Shown: positions 49,902 to 63,526, counted from the first letter of the stretch. The stretch is DNA of 64,000 nt from Ostrea edulis (GCF_947568905.1 NC_079172.1:31620001-31684000); one strand, 5' to 3'. Made by a program: numbers and translations. Notes: generated by a model from the sequence alone, not told the origin.

Positions 49902-50838
49902 CAGACTACTCCCACATGGATCTAATCCTCGTCACAGAGCTAATTTTAAAATCTCTTTTGTTGAATGTCTGATCAGTAGGCTCCTCAAGATACCATAAAA
50001 TGTGACACTCTTTCAATGCGGAGTGGTTTTATTATAGTCGTAAGTATCAATTTCCTATTTTCAGAATTAAAGCTCATTTAGTACCCGGTTTCATCTTCCT
50101 TGTTTTGTTGTGGTCGTCCATAGCTATCTTCCTCGTTTTCTTCGTGCTTGAAATGCATCACACAATACTCTACATATATTTACACGGGGGAAAAGACGTA
50201 GAACGACTAACACTAGAATGCAAACAAAGCACTTGATGTACGTACAGGAAGCGGTCCTTGAGGGAATGCCTACTACATGTAATACAAAATTGAGAGTAAG
50301 GCAAAAAACGGACCCCCTGGATACAGCAAAAATGGCATTTACACGGTGACGAAAGAAGACTAGACACGGTGATCGTCTGATAAATTCATTTAAAATTGGG
50401 TGTTCATACGAAGAAAACCTTTGTACATCTTTTACCGACAATAAGTTTCGAATTTATTGCAGATTGTATCACTCAACACCGAATTTTACCAAAAACGTTT
50501 GGTAGAATGACTCATAATCGCATTCGCCCCACTGGCGTACTCTATTAGTGATTAGGTTACGTTGCAATGACCAATTCTGGCGTATACACTTAAGAATAAA
50601 TGCCATTTTTGAAATTTACATGTTGATATGAACTTCATATTAGTATGCTTCATGAAGCACGTTAGCGTTTCACAAGAGGCGTGGAGCGGTGCAGTTCATA
50701 CCTCACGAGTTTTCAAACATGATTTTTTAAATTTACATTTTCTTTTCGTTTCTGTCGGAATTCTCATCTGTTACAATGTATGTACTTTATTTATCAAGAT
50801 TCATACGCGTATTGTTCACAATTTTTCTGCAGCCCATT

Positions 50839-51064
50839 AATTTGTACAGATGTTGTGGCGGTCAGACGGGTTCGATCCTTTATAATTTGTACAGATATTG
50901 TGGCGGTCAGACGGGTTCGATCCTTTACAATTTGTACAGATAGTGTGGCGGTCAGACGGAATCGATTCTTAAAGCTTTATAATTTGTACAAATAATGTGG
51001 CGGTCAGACGGGTTCGATCCTTTACAATTTGTACAGATATTGTGGCCGTCAGACGGGTTCGAAT
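50839..51064 (+). repeat. 45-bp minisatellite, 5 copies, carrying a B-box-like GGTTCGATCC
   Basis: Unit AATTTGTACAGATATTGTGGCGGTCAGACGGGTTCGATCCTTTA(T/C). Confidence 0.9.
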
Positions 51065-51468
51065 AGTTGGTGGCCAGACCTGGATTTCTCGAAGGAAACT
51101 TAAGTCTGAGATTTTGCTCAAATTTTGACTGCTTTAAAGGGACTGGTTCACGATTTTTGAAAAAAAGTTTTTCATTTTTGATGCTAAATATTAAGAATAT
51201 AACTGAATGAATGTTGACAGCCAAAATTTTGACCTACTGAATGCAAGAATGAAAGCAATATTTTAGCGCTAAATCTGTGTTATGTAAACAAAGACTCGAG
51301 TCTTTTCATGTATACAAACCAGTGAAATGTTGATTTTGTAATATAAAGCACCTTAATTTTGCATAGTCACTGATTTTAACTTTTAGATGACACACTTTAC
51401 CCAAAGAATGCTTGAAATGTGAAAGACATAATAAACTTAGATCGATATCCATTTCTTTTGAGAATTTC

Positions 51469-54265
51469 TATGGCAAGCCCTTTTACTATTTATTCGAAAA
51501 ATAAGATATCTCTTTAGATTAAAGAGATATCTCTTTAAAATGAGAGATATCTCTTAATCTTAAGAGATATCTCTCTAAATAAGAGATATCTCTTTCACTT
51601 AGAGAGATATCTCTTTCACTTAGAGAGATATCTCTTTCACTTAGAGAGATATCTCTTACTTTAAGAGATATCTATTACACTTAAAGAGATATCTCTTTCA
51701 CTTTAAGAGATATCTCTTTCACTTTGAGAGATATCTCTTATACTTTAAGAGATATCTCTTTCACTTAAAGAGATATCTCTTTTACTCTGAGAAATATCTC
51801 TTTTACTTTGAGAGATATCTCCTTCACTTAAAGAGATATCTCTCTAAGAATTCCTAGAGAGATATCTCTCAAAGTATAAGAGATATCTCTGTAATCGTTG
51901 AAAAAGAGATATCTCTCAAAGAGAAAGAGATATCTCTTTCCAATATTTTTATTAGTTTGAATACTTAAGTAATTCTCCCTAAAACGGAAGTCCGCCAAAA
52001 CAAATCTTACAATGATGGCTGGGGTGTTGCTAAAACGCGGAACGAAAAATGGAACGGAAGACGGAACGGAAAATATAAAATATATTATGCAATAATGTTA
52101 TGAGGAGGTCAACATTTTGCAAAATCAAAGAGCTTATTTTGAATAAGGAATGCAGAAATTACAGAGAGAACAGGAAGTCATCCTCAGAATCCACCATTTC
52201 ATATTGATACCTCATACTAATGCATTATTATGTATTTTTACACGGTGTGTTTTGTGGATGAATGTACCAACAGGCGCTTGCTTAATATTTTGCATAGTAA
52301 GTTTTAATGAAAATATTAAGCAAGCGCCTGTTGGCACCATCTTTTTTCCCGGCTTTGTCATCCCCCCCTCCAGATTTTGACAGTATGTTGTTTCACAAAT
52401 GAAGAAAAAATAAATAAGGTAACATACTGAAAAAGACTTGAATTATAATTCAACCTCTTTCAAATTCTATTACTTTATTCTGGCTGGTATGGTAAGAAAA
52501 GATTTTATGAGCCCATCCAATGAATAAAAGGTACCCCCCCCCCCCGGAAAACAACATTGTAAAAGATAAAATAATTTTTTGAACAATTTTCCCCAAACGT
52601 AGCCTTTTTAAATCGAACGTGCTTTTAATCGAACTACATATGTTTATAAGATAACTGAATTTGAATTTAGTTCTTCACCTGGTACAATATACATTCATGT
52701 ATCACATCAAATTTTAAAGCGAACGAGTCCGGTGAGGAAAAGAAGAAAAAAGTTTTTCCTCATTTAGGATGAATCTATGTGAAAGTTCGTACATTTACCG
52801 ATATCCTGCGGAGTAGTGTTGAAACTGAAGAGATACAACAGGAAAGAAAGATTGAAACAAAACCAATGTTAACTAGGGTGAAGTTTACGACCAGTAGTAA
52901 GAGGAATTAACAGATTTATTTCATGATATATGAAATAGCTAACACAGAATTTATGCTTGAATGGAATTAAAAGTCATCTCATTATTAATCCAAATGTTAA
53001 GCTATACAAGTATTTAGTTTAAAAATTAACTGCCAGAAATCCTCCCTATTTAGGATTGGAGTGTTGCGGTTACTAATTCTCCTGTTAGTTAAAAAATGAT
53101 AAATCAAACAAAAGATGTTTAACTTGTTGACTAAATAAGATCATGAATTATTATTGTTTTATACATATCACACTCCTTGTTGTAAGTACACACATACACG
53201 GTATTATGTGTAAATATGTGTACATGTGCGTTAATGACGTTTTTGCCACCGAGGGCGGGTGTATAAACCACGTGTGTTCTTTTCATTCTCTACCCATATG
53301 TGTCACTGCTCGCTAACACCTCTGTCATTGCCGAAATTTCGAAATTCTTGTAAAATGCCTTGTAAATTCTTATACTAACGTTTAACTAAATTCGATTAAT
53401 CAATTTATGATGCAAAATTTTAAGATAAAGTTGATTTATCGCTTGTAAACATTTCCCAAATTGTTGATTTTAATCAAAATGACCCCCCCTCCGATTTTTA
53501 CCGTTATCTTATCTATCATTCTAATTCTTAAATTCCTTTCCGTTTCGTTTTCCGTTCCGCATTTTAGCAACACCCTGATGGCTGCAATCCCGTGGGAAGA
53601 TTTTGCCTTTTACCGCATGTGAAATGTATACATTTACAGGTAACAAAAAACAAAGACAATAAATTGATGAAATATGCGAGCTAGACTAGATTTCGCCTCT
53701 CGGCAACTTGACAATGTTACCCCAACCACCTCTTTAACCTTTCCCGCCATTTGTACACTAGAAGTATTTTGCTTGGTTAAAAAATAAGGTTACATCATTT
53801 CAATGACAAAGCAACAGGGAGAAGTCATTATGATCACCGGGGAAAAAATCTAAAGAGATATCTCTTTAGATTAAAGAGATATCTGTTTTTGAAAATTTAA
53901 AGAGATATCTCTCTAACTTAAAGAGATATCTCTTTTTACATCGATAGAGAGATATCTCTTTACGCTAGAGAGATATCTCTTTCTCACTGAGAGATATCTC
54001 TCTAGCTTTGAGATATATCTCTCAAAGAGAAAGAAATATCTCCCAAGCGTAAAGAGATATCTCATTTGTGTAAAGAGATATCTCCTTAAACAAAAGAGAT
54101 ACCTATTTTGTTTAAAGAGATATCTCTTTTGCTTAAAGAGATATCTCCCTAGCTTAAAAAGATATATCTCTAACTTACAGAGATATCTCTTTAACCAATA
54201 AAGATATCTCTCTTATTTAAAGAGATATCTTATTTTACGAATAAATAGCAAAAGGGATTGCCATA
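51469..54265. mobile_element. IS3EU-like non-autonomous element with AGAGATATCTCT subterminal arrays
   Basis: TATGGC...GCCATA termini, about 45-bp imperfect TIR, 6-bp TSD AATTTC (51463-51468 and 54266-54271). Confidence 0.75.
52022..53575. mobile_element. MULE/Mutator-type non-autonomous element, innermost layer
   Basis: TIR GGGTGTTGCTAAAACGCGGAACG/CGTTCCGCATTTTAGCAACACCC; 9-bp TSD TGATGGCTG (52013-52021 and 53576-53584). Confidence 0.85.
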
Positions 54266-54508
54266 AATTTCGCAAACAATAACACCGCAATATTTGTTTA
54301 CAAAACAAATAATAAACTCTCTAACATGAGGTTTTGTGATGATGACGTATAACCTTAATTTTTATGTGAAATCTTTTAAACACATTAGACAGTAGATTTT
54401 GATCATTAAAAGTGAAAAACAAAATTTTGGGGGAAATCGTGAATCAGTCCCCTTAAAGGTAAAAGAAAACTCAAACTTAAAGTTGAGATTTTTTTCTCGA
54501 GAAACCAA

Positions 54509-54590
54509 GGCCAGATAGCTCAAATGGTAGAGCACCTGACTTGGGATTCAGGGAGACCGGGTTCGAATTCAGGTCTGATCCGTTGAATAG
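54509..54590 (+). mobile_element. tRNA-derived SINE head (not an intact tRNA); similar heads at about 1490, 1720, 21627, 26460 (-) and 60510 (-)
   Basis: GGCCAGATAGCTCAAATGGTAGAGCAC A-box and GGTTCGAATTC B-box, but no complete cloverleaf evident. Confidence 0.6.
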
Positions 54591-56249
54591 TTTCTCTTGT
54601 TAATCACATTTGGTGCTATAGACAAGCTCCTAGAATTGACAAGTGAAAATTCCTGCCAGGGGATAAAGTTACGTTTATAGGCTCTGGTATATCCAGGGGT
54701 CACTGTTTGTCCAACTCTTAATTTTGTATTCCTTACAGGAGTTATGAGATTGATCACTGTTCGTTATCTTCACCTTTTCATACACATGAAAATAATATCT
54801 CAATGCGTTCCTTATACGGTCCATTACGATAACACAGAACTCGGTTTCCTTGACAACATGTTTTTTAAATGTCAAATTAGAGAGGTCCTGGGAAATTTTC
54901 AATTTACGGTGGGATTTAGTTTTCAGAGTATCAACATGTAACAGGTTTCTCTTTCCCTTAAGTAATAACAGGAACACCTGTTTGGGTTCTCGACAAGACG
55001 TTTATTCAGGAGTTACCATGCAATGCACGAATTGTCCAATGATGAAACCCTATAACAACAATGTTTAACAATTTTAAGTAATATGCTATATAAAACATGA
55101 ATACTATAATTTCACATAATTACTGATGTACAACCAATATACGATTATAGCATTACATGGGTGATCTATATCAAGGGAGATAACTCTATACCTGTATACA
55201 TCACATATTAAATCTCCCAAGTCCTATAGACTTTAACTTCATCATAAAACTTTACAATAATTATCATTATAATATGTATTAACATTATTAATTATTGAAT
55301 TAAATAAAAACCATATGGTGAGCATACCATTCTATGGGAATAGGCTCGAGTGAACAATATTTACAGATGACACCAAACTGGTCTGATCATTCAAGAGGAA
55401 AAATGGTCTATGTCTAATTGTCTACATATGTCAGATCTACTGAAATCAACTCTCTTCTTCAAAAACTGAATAAAGACTGACCACAAAGAACAGAACTCTT
55501 GGAGGGAAAATCTCCAAGACCAATCCAATGACATAAGACAAACTAAAACACCAATGAAATTAAAAGACACAAGGGACATTTGGCCAAAATATAATTATAT
55601 ACCCCAGGCCATTACACTGTGAAAGTGACCAAATTTATATGCTTGACTGCATGTTTAAATTACATTACCTTGCCTAAGCATTTTATTCAATGAACCGATT
55701 CTTCATACATATACCCATCATATTATACAATATACATGTATAATATGAGTCTGTCACAAACAAAACCTTTTTTAAATTTATTACTGTTAATTCTTGAGAG
55801 AGTTATCTCTCTTGATCAAGTTCCTCAGCACCATTGTTTATGCATGTATAAAATGATATATGTATTATGTATTTGATTGTATTGTGTTAGTATATCAGTC
55901 TTCATTGTAATAAATACTTCCATGGGTTAGATATATATTCAGTTGGCATTGTCACTAAACAAAAAATCAATCCCCTGATCAGGCTGATGTACAAAATAAC
56001 CTGTCATTGCTATTGGTCGCGTATTAAAAACTCGCCAAGCATAAAGATCAGTTCCGGTTAACTGCCTGCACTAGCCAGTTCAGGGTGAATTGTTGTTTGT
56101 CGTACACGTCCGAGCTCCCTGCAGATTCAAAATATTTTTGACACACCTGAAAGAACACGGTGATTACATGTCGTGGAAAAATACCAACTAACCGCGGCTA
56201 GAAACTCCATTTTGTATTTTAAAGAACAGTCAAACTGTAGTAAAACGCA

Positions 56250-56316
56250 ATGGAGACATACAAACTCGCTTTTCTTTTCGTCCTAGGCTGTGTCGGTCTG
56301 TTTTCTGCTGCTGAAG
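56250..56316 (+). CDS. Gene 2 exon 1 (signal peptide)
   Basis: ATG in AAAACGCAATGG context; hydrophobic core ending SAAEA; GAAG|GTAAGA donor; phase fits exon 2. Confidence 0.75.
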
Positions 56317-59300
56317 GTAAGACTCGTGTTTTCTTGAAGATGTAAAAATATTTTTTACTTTAAATGATAAAGTTAGAAATACTTTTTTTCCCGATGCGTA
56401 GTTTTCTGAAGAAGTGACTGTGGGTTTTAATTCGAGCAACGCTGATTTACGTGTTCTTACACATGTTTTTGCTTATACATACATGTATATAAGAAAAATA
56501 TATCTATGGTTACTTCTAAGATAAGACGCACTAATCAATTGAGCAACATGTTGATAGAAAATTTATTGCCGCACTGTTAATCGATTGGCGTTTTTAGATG
56601 CGAAATATACCTGTATACAAAATTCTCCTGATCATTAGACTAAAAAATATATGTAATTTAGCAATCATTTTCATCTCCCCCTCGAAGTACTGAGAGAATA
56701 ATCTTAACCGCCATAAAAAAAATGCTTCCTTACAAAGGATAGGTAATCAAACAGATAGTCCTTTATAAACAGCGTGAAAGGAAGGAAAGGCGTTCGAGAA
56801 TAGGTTTCCCGTCCAATCCGCAGTAAACAATTTGACCCTGTGTGTCAGTTGCAGGAAAACCCCAGTCACTCCTCGAAACGTGAACCTATCCAAACTTGTT
56901 TACAGCCCAGAAGAGAAGAAAATCTTATTTGTAAGGCCCCAAACTACAGGCGTGATTGATAGGACGCTTTACAACTGTACAATACAGAGTCGGACATTTT
57001 GAAACTTTATGGACAAAGCAATATGCCTCATCGTCATAATGTTCTTGATTAATGATTTTTATTCAGGAATAGGGCATACACATTTGACATGTTGACAAAC
57101 TATATGATGATACTGATTGTAAGAAAAATATGTAAAATGGAGACAATTGTTTGAAATATATTTGTTTTAGAAACACAGCGTAAAAGTGCAAGTCATAAAA
57201 CATGAAATTTAATTTTCAGACATTTTCTTCAATTGTCCCATTGCTAAATTATGGCATTAAATTTTGTTGAAGTTGAAGCACAACCGCGCAAGATTATATA
57301 CCTGTGGTGAAGGCGCTGGCGCTGGTTCCATTCTTATTTCCTTGGTCCAGACAAACCATCATTTAAACTTATCCAGTTATGCATTCAAATTTTGAAAGAA
57401 CAAAACTCAGATGCGAACATCTGTAATTAATGATAAATAAACTTTGCATTGTTAATTGCACTTACGGATTGAATATTCACATTATTTGAAAATGGAATTT
57501 TAACATTTATATAAGAAATGAATAAATATTTCAAAAGTTTTACTCAATGACCCAGAACTATAGACACCACTAAGATTTTCTGAATCTTGTCTGTTACATG
57601 AGTTCAGACTATGCTATGCTAAACATCAGCAGGTTTAATAATTATTTTTTCCTGGGAATATCTATTATTCAGAAGTAACATATTTGTAGCTTTTAAGATT
57701 TAAGATGGCCATATGGGACGAAATAAGGGTGGGTGGTGGAGCCAGGCGAGGTCATGGACGTTGAGAAAATGAAAACAAGATGCATATTCGTGTTTCGCAA
57801 TGAAGCATGAATTTTGACTTTATTATTGCATGATTAATGGGCTAGCCTTACTAATGTTGCGACCATTCGATCTCCCAAAACTTCAATGAGTATCAAAACT
57901 ATTTGATTATATAACATATACCACAAATGCATATATTATTCTATTGATGTAGTGTTGAAAACAGTAGTTGAACATTAACAGGCTGCCATCGTTGTCAATC
58001 GATAAGAAGATGAGGCTAATACACGCCTTGCTCGGCTTCTAGATAAAACATTCCGATAATTTACACCACATTTTAATCGGCGAAAATATGTCTTTACACA
58101 CAAAGTACAGCTTTAAACTTGACCAGTCGGTCATTTTAAATGAACTCTTAACCCTTTTTAGACCCGGTAGGTGATCTTTATTTTTCTCAACGAGACGGCA
58201 ATATTTTTACTGTTTTCAACGTTCCAGACTTTAAACAAATATTTGCATAATAAATGTATGTATGAAGTTACAAGGTAATTGGAAAAAAAGTTACGGTAGA
58301 ACAAATTTAGATTTTTTAAAAGACGCATATTACTAACTGCACAAATAAACCCTTCAATAACGGACTCGTGGTATGGTTTTCTATAATGTTTGTCAGCCCA
58401 ATACTGTGGAGTTCGTTAATTTTAGTAAATGATTGATCCAATTATATGAGCTACGGGTTAGAATCTCTTGGATAGAAGAAAAAAATTGGCACCACTAAAA
58501 GGACAGTCGGGTGTGATGTCATGTTTTGATTGGTAAAGGTTAAAAATGCGATCAATCATTACATTTAATTTTATTTCGTCCAAGCCAATAAACGGTACAC
58601 GAGGTGCCCAAAATAATGCCCACCATATACAGCGGGGTCACCATTGTTTCTTATTATGATAACAATCCCATACATTACGACCACGCTTTAATGAATCCGT
58701 ATTGGTCGTTATTTTTGCTGACAAGTGCAATAAAACATCGGAGTTGAATATGAAACATTTTGGAAATGTTGAACGTTTTATTTTTAGGATTTCAAAACAA
58801 TGCGATATATTATAGCTTAGAACAAAAAACCACGTCTGTGCACAGCAGTATATACACTTTGTTGTACAATATAATTTTTTTTTTTTTACAATACTCATAA
58901 AGCTTCAGTGTGCAGGTATGATCCATTGCTGGAAGCTGACACGAGTGTAGAATATTCTCCAATTTAGGTAAATTCATCCAGAGACATATATAACAGTATG
59001 GTCACCGGTATCTGAATTGCCCATGCCGCGCCGCGAGCGGCGCAAAGAGCATTGGTTTCCGTTGCTTAGCAACACACATCAAGTAGATTAACATTTATCG
59101 TGATCTCGCGTGAGTGAACATTATATTTATTAAATATCATGCATAAGAATTACACTCACACGATGTTGAAGTTGAGACATCTTGTGTATTTTTGACAGAA
59201 CACCTTCTACGTTCCAGATTAGCTGCTCTTCTTACTCCCCTAAAGCGATTTAGAGTAATTTGTTTTATATAAGGCGCTATATATAAATTTTATCATCATT

Positions 59301-62300
59301 ATTATCAGAAATTACAATGATTCCTCATGTTTACTAAATTTCAAATGATATTCCAAATATTACTGTATGAATTTCCACTTTGATATTTCCTCCTTGAGAC
59401 AATTATATATCAAATTAACGTAATTTTTGAAAATTTCATCACGGAGTGACTAGGCAGACGACAGTCTTTCACCACTGCGCAATTCAAATTAAACACAAAA
59501 TTAGTTGTGTCCCCTCCTAGACCCGTGCAATGCTATCTACGTGAACACAACACGAGGAATGCTTTATATGAATTCAGCAACTTGTTGAGAAACTGTTTTG
59601 ATGTATGTATTCCTATTAGAGTAGTTAAATGCTACTCGGTATTCTGAATTAGAATAACTGTGATAAAATATATCTCAAATGGTTTTTAACATATGATATT
59701 GAAAGTAAGAAACGTGCATCAAATAAACTTTCAATACGATTTGATTTTACCTGCAAATCATACAAGTTTATTACATCCCTCAACAAGATGTTTGCCTATT
59801 AATTTTACGTTTTGGAAAGTTTTGACTTCAATTTGAGGAATATGGTTTCAATGTTGCAGAAAGTTTTCAATCTTCACATATAACCATACGGTGGAACTGA
59901 GTACTTATATATGTCGGATAATTAAACTTTTTTAGCAGACTTTGGTTTCATGTTTTAAAATCCCCTCCAAATTTGTTTTCTTCAATATTGAAAAGTTAAA
60001 CCCCGTTGGCATTTGGGAAGGACGTAAATTGTAAACAACATTTACCTCATGTTACTGTCTATTGTGAAGTTATTTAGGTATTGATGTAATATTAGGTAAG
60101 TAATGGTAATATATGCTTGTGGTATTCTCTAACATGGCCTAAATGTTTTCGGTCCAACACACAACAATCGGGAAGACAAATAATGAACTCCCTCAATGGA
60201 TATTAGTGCGCAGCTAACAATACAGTCAACGAACACGTGATGAGGCAGCCTGGCGTTAAAGTAGTTTAGGCGTTAAAATGCGAGCTATTTATCGGTTTGA
60301 CTGGTATTTTAATTCACAAGAGACATACATGGCTTTATTGCTGTTTGAGAATCTTTTTGTGGATTGTTTTGGGTGTGCAAGTTGAATTTGTTTCTTGTTT
60401 ATGACTTTACAAGACCTCCGTTTATAAGACCCACGAATTTCACTTCTTTTGTCAAATACTTGGCAGAAAAACAATCACAATCTAAGTTAAACATCTTAAG
60501 ATCGAGTATCGAACCCAGAACTTCTCATTTACGAAGCGAGTGCACAAACCACGAGGCAACCGCGACTGGGTTGTAAACTTAGAAAACAGGAACGAGAGTT
60601 GGACGAGACTTTAGATATTATCCAAAAAAGTCTCGTGCAACCAGATTCTGGGCTGCCTCCGTAAATCTCCGACGAAATTTGTGGAGACAGCCGAGTGTCT
60701 GGTTGAACGAAACTATATCCAAACCTGCAGTCATACGTCAGAGTAAATGTGTACACACTGTTTCCTGTTTTGATAAGTCATTGCGTTACATTTTGCAATG
60801 CTAAATTACTCTTGCTGATATTCACTATCATAATCAACAATGTATGTACATGTTTCTGGCAAAACCATCGTACAAATCTTATATTCTTTCCTCGTATGTG
60901 AGACGCACACCTCAATTTTGAACTCATTGGTAAATTAAAATCCTCGAAATCGCAGCATGGTAATGTTGTTTTTTCACTGTATTGCTATAGCAAAAATATG
61001 AAAACAAGACATGCTCTAGAAGTTTGTAAGTACAATCAATATTCATTGTCTGTGATCTTCGACTCATTGACTTTGTCTCTTAATTTTTTGTTTGTTTACA
61101 CAGTCAATAAAATGACTGATGTTTTGTTTTACTTCCACTTTTGAGATTGTTGACTTGGGTCGCAATCATAAATCTCTTCATTGTTCAGGATCCTTTTCCT
61201 CACCGTTGCGATGTTTGAAAATTTTTTGGTTGTTGATTCAAAAATTGAATAAAATGGAATTTGGAAACTACATCATCCATAGCTCCCAACATTATTCAAT
61301 CTAAACAAGGTGTGGTTTATGTATGAAATGCACATTGCTCTTGAAGTGATGGTAAATTTAACACATCGATAAACATGCAGGTAACATAGAGGAATATATT
61401 TTTCTTTTCTACATATATGCTAATGCATAAAAGAAATCAATTAACTTAAGAAATTTAACATGTATCAACAGTCAAAATCGAATATGATGAAAAGGTTACG
61501 ATATTCTGGATTTATCATGAAAACGATAAGAATTCTAAATCTCAATTAGAAAATGATTCCAAGTACAGTATTTTTCTATATACCTTTCCATGTACATGTA
61601 TATACATGTGATGATATACACAGTGTACAGTTTATTTTTCTATATACCTGTCCATGTACATGTATATACATGTGATGATATACACAGTGTACAGTTTATT
61701 TTTCTATATACCTGTCCATGTACATGTATATACATGTGATGATATACACAGTGTACAGTTTATTTTTCTATATACCTGTCCATGTACATGTATATACATG
61801 TGATGATATACACAGAGTACAGTTTGTTTTTCTATATACCTTTCCATGTACATGTATATACATGTGATGATATGTACACAGAGTACAGTTTTATCTCCCC
61901 ATGCTTCCTGCACGGGTCTTTCCGGAATGGCATTAAAACGCGGGTCCCGTGTTGTGACAAGCGTTAGCACGTTAAAAACTATATGTAGATATGTTGCAGG
62001 GGTGGTGGTTTGTAAGATAGAAATAACCAAACTCCTGGCTTAGGGGTCACAATACAATCTTTTATTGGATGATAACGATGATGGTTACAATGAGAAGCAC
62101 CCATGTGTAACCGACGATGGAAATAATTAATAAGAAGCACTCATGGGTAACCGACGATGGAAATAATGAGATGGCAAGCGGGGACAAAAATCTATAAGTG
62201 TCACTAAATGTGCGCTATCTACGTTATTGGGTTCTTTCATTAAAACTCTATTGAGTCGCGTCTCAGGAACTGTAGTAAACTATATACATGTTCATGTAGT

Positions 62301-63526
62301 CGATCTTGTCATGGTGTCTAGTCCTATTTTTGTATACACGACTGCTTACTACGGATTCCACAAACATTACTAAAGTTGATATTTTTTCTCTTTTTATTTT
62401 TTCAGCGCTGAATCCGGATGGAACGTGTGACAGTGACAGTGATTGTCTCCTCTCTTTCTACCACTGCTGTTCCGGAACTATCTGGTGTTGTCCTTCCGGG
62501 TACATCTGTACCGGATCATCAACCTGCCTAAGTATCGGGTATGAAGTTCAGTTAACACGCCTCGGCAATTTGTAGGGGTTAAATTGCGCAATGACTTTAT
62601 GTGCTAGTTGGTCTTTGTTAATACAAATGCAAATATAATGTGGTCTTTCCATATTACACATCAAAGAGAAAAAACCATAAATCGAATACCGTTAACCGAC
62701 TGTCATCTTTCATTTCAGAGTTATCGTCGGTCCCATCGTCGGCCTGGTCGTCCTCATCGTTTCTATAGTGATCTGCTGCGTTTGTTACAGTAAGGCGTTT
62801 ATTTTCTAGATGAAATGTTAACCAACGATTTATTATTGACCAAACAATTCACAGTTTGACTTCTGTTCGTAGACTGGGGTTACAGTGAGCGATAAGTTCT
62901 AAATGAAACACGGAATCTGATGTTTATTTTCAATTTAATTGATATTCCTAAGTTTGGTCTTTGATTTTTGATAAGATTTTGGCATCAGTCCTTGTTAAGC
63001 CAGATTTGTTTTTTTTTAATTTTGGATTACGAACATTAAACATAAAAAGGTTGTGAAGTTTCAAAAGAGGTAAAACCGAAAATTAGATATAGATTTGAAA
63101 ATTTTGTTTATTACTAGTAACTGATATGAAATTTCGCTATATGCTTTGCCACTGACTTCATGAATGACACGAACTCTTATGTGTTGAAAAAAAAGTTGGA
63201 CAACTTTTATCAGAGAAACACTCACATTTGGCAGCGGAAAAAGTAATTAAAGAATTGAAAATAATTATGGAGATCCTATAGAAATATACAATTTTTGTTG
63301 TGATTTAATTCTGATACTAAACTACCTTTAAATTTCATTAGGAAGAAGACAACAGAGCCAAGGCGTAGTGTACAACCCAAACGTGACCGCCCAACCTCAA
63401 CCGCAGCCATACGGACAACCGCAGCCATACGGACAACCACAGGCTTACGGACAACCACAGGCTTACGGACAACCACAGGCATACGGACAACCACAAGGAT
63501 ATGGACAGCCACCGCCTAAAGCCTGA
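56250..63526 (+). CDS. 151-aa single-pass type I membrane protein, Cys-rich ectodomain, QxYGQP-repeat tail (Shisa-like/CYYR1-like architecture)
   Basis: Exons 56250-56316, 62406-62538, 62719-62789, 63342-63526 join in phase (456 nt): [95 protein letters not shown]...(QxYGQP)6-PPKA*. Confidence 0.85.
61562..61893. repeat. 64-bp minisatellite, 5 copies, in gene 2 intron 1
   Basis: Unit TTTTTCTATATACCTGTCCATGTACATGTATATACATGTGATGATATACACAGTGTACAGTTTA. Confidence 0.93.
62406..62538 (+). CDS. Gene 2 exon 2 (8-Cys ectodomain)
   Basis: ttttcag acceptor, GG|GTATGA donor. Confidence 0.88.
62719..62789 (+). CDS. Gene 2 exon 3 (TM helix plus CCxC)
   Basis: tttcag acceptor, A|GTAAGG donor. Confidence 0.88.
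63342..63526 (+). CDS. Gene 2 exon 4 (18-bp coding repeats, stop)
   Basis: cattag acceptor; six QxYGQP units; TGA at 63524-63526. Confidence 0.88.

Larger units (their letters stand above)
51138..54452. mobile_element. Kolobok-type MITE (TTAA TSD), outer layer of the nest
   Basis: TTAA|AGGGACTGGTTCACGATTT...AAATCGTGAATCAGTCCCC|TTAA. Confidence 0.75.

Noticed and set aside
54509-54590. Possible tRNA gene (also at about 21627, 1490, 1720, 26460 and 60510)
   Set aside because: A and B boxes are present, but I could not form full acceptor and anticodon stems; these fit tRNA-derived SINE heads better. tRNAscan-SE would settle it.
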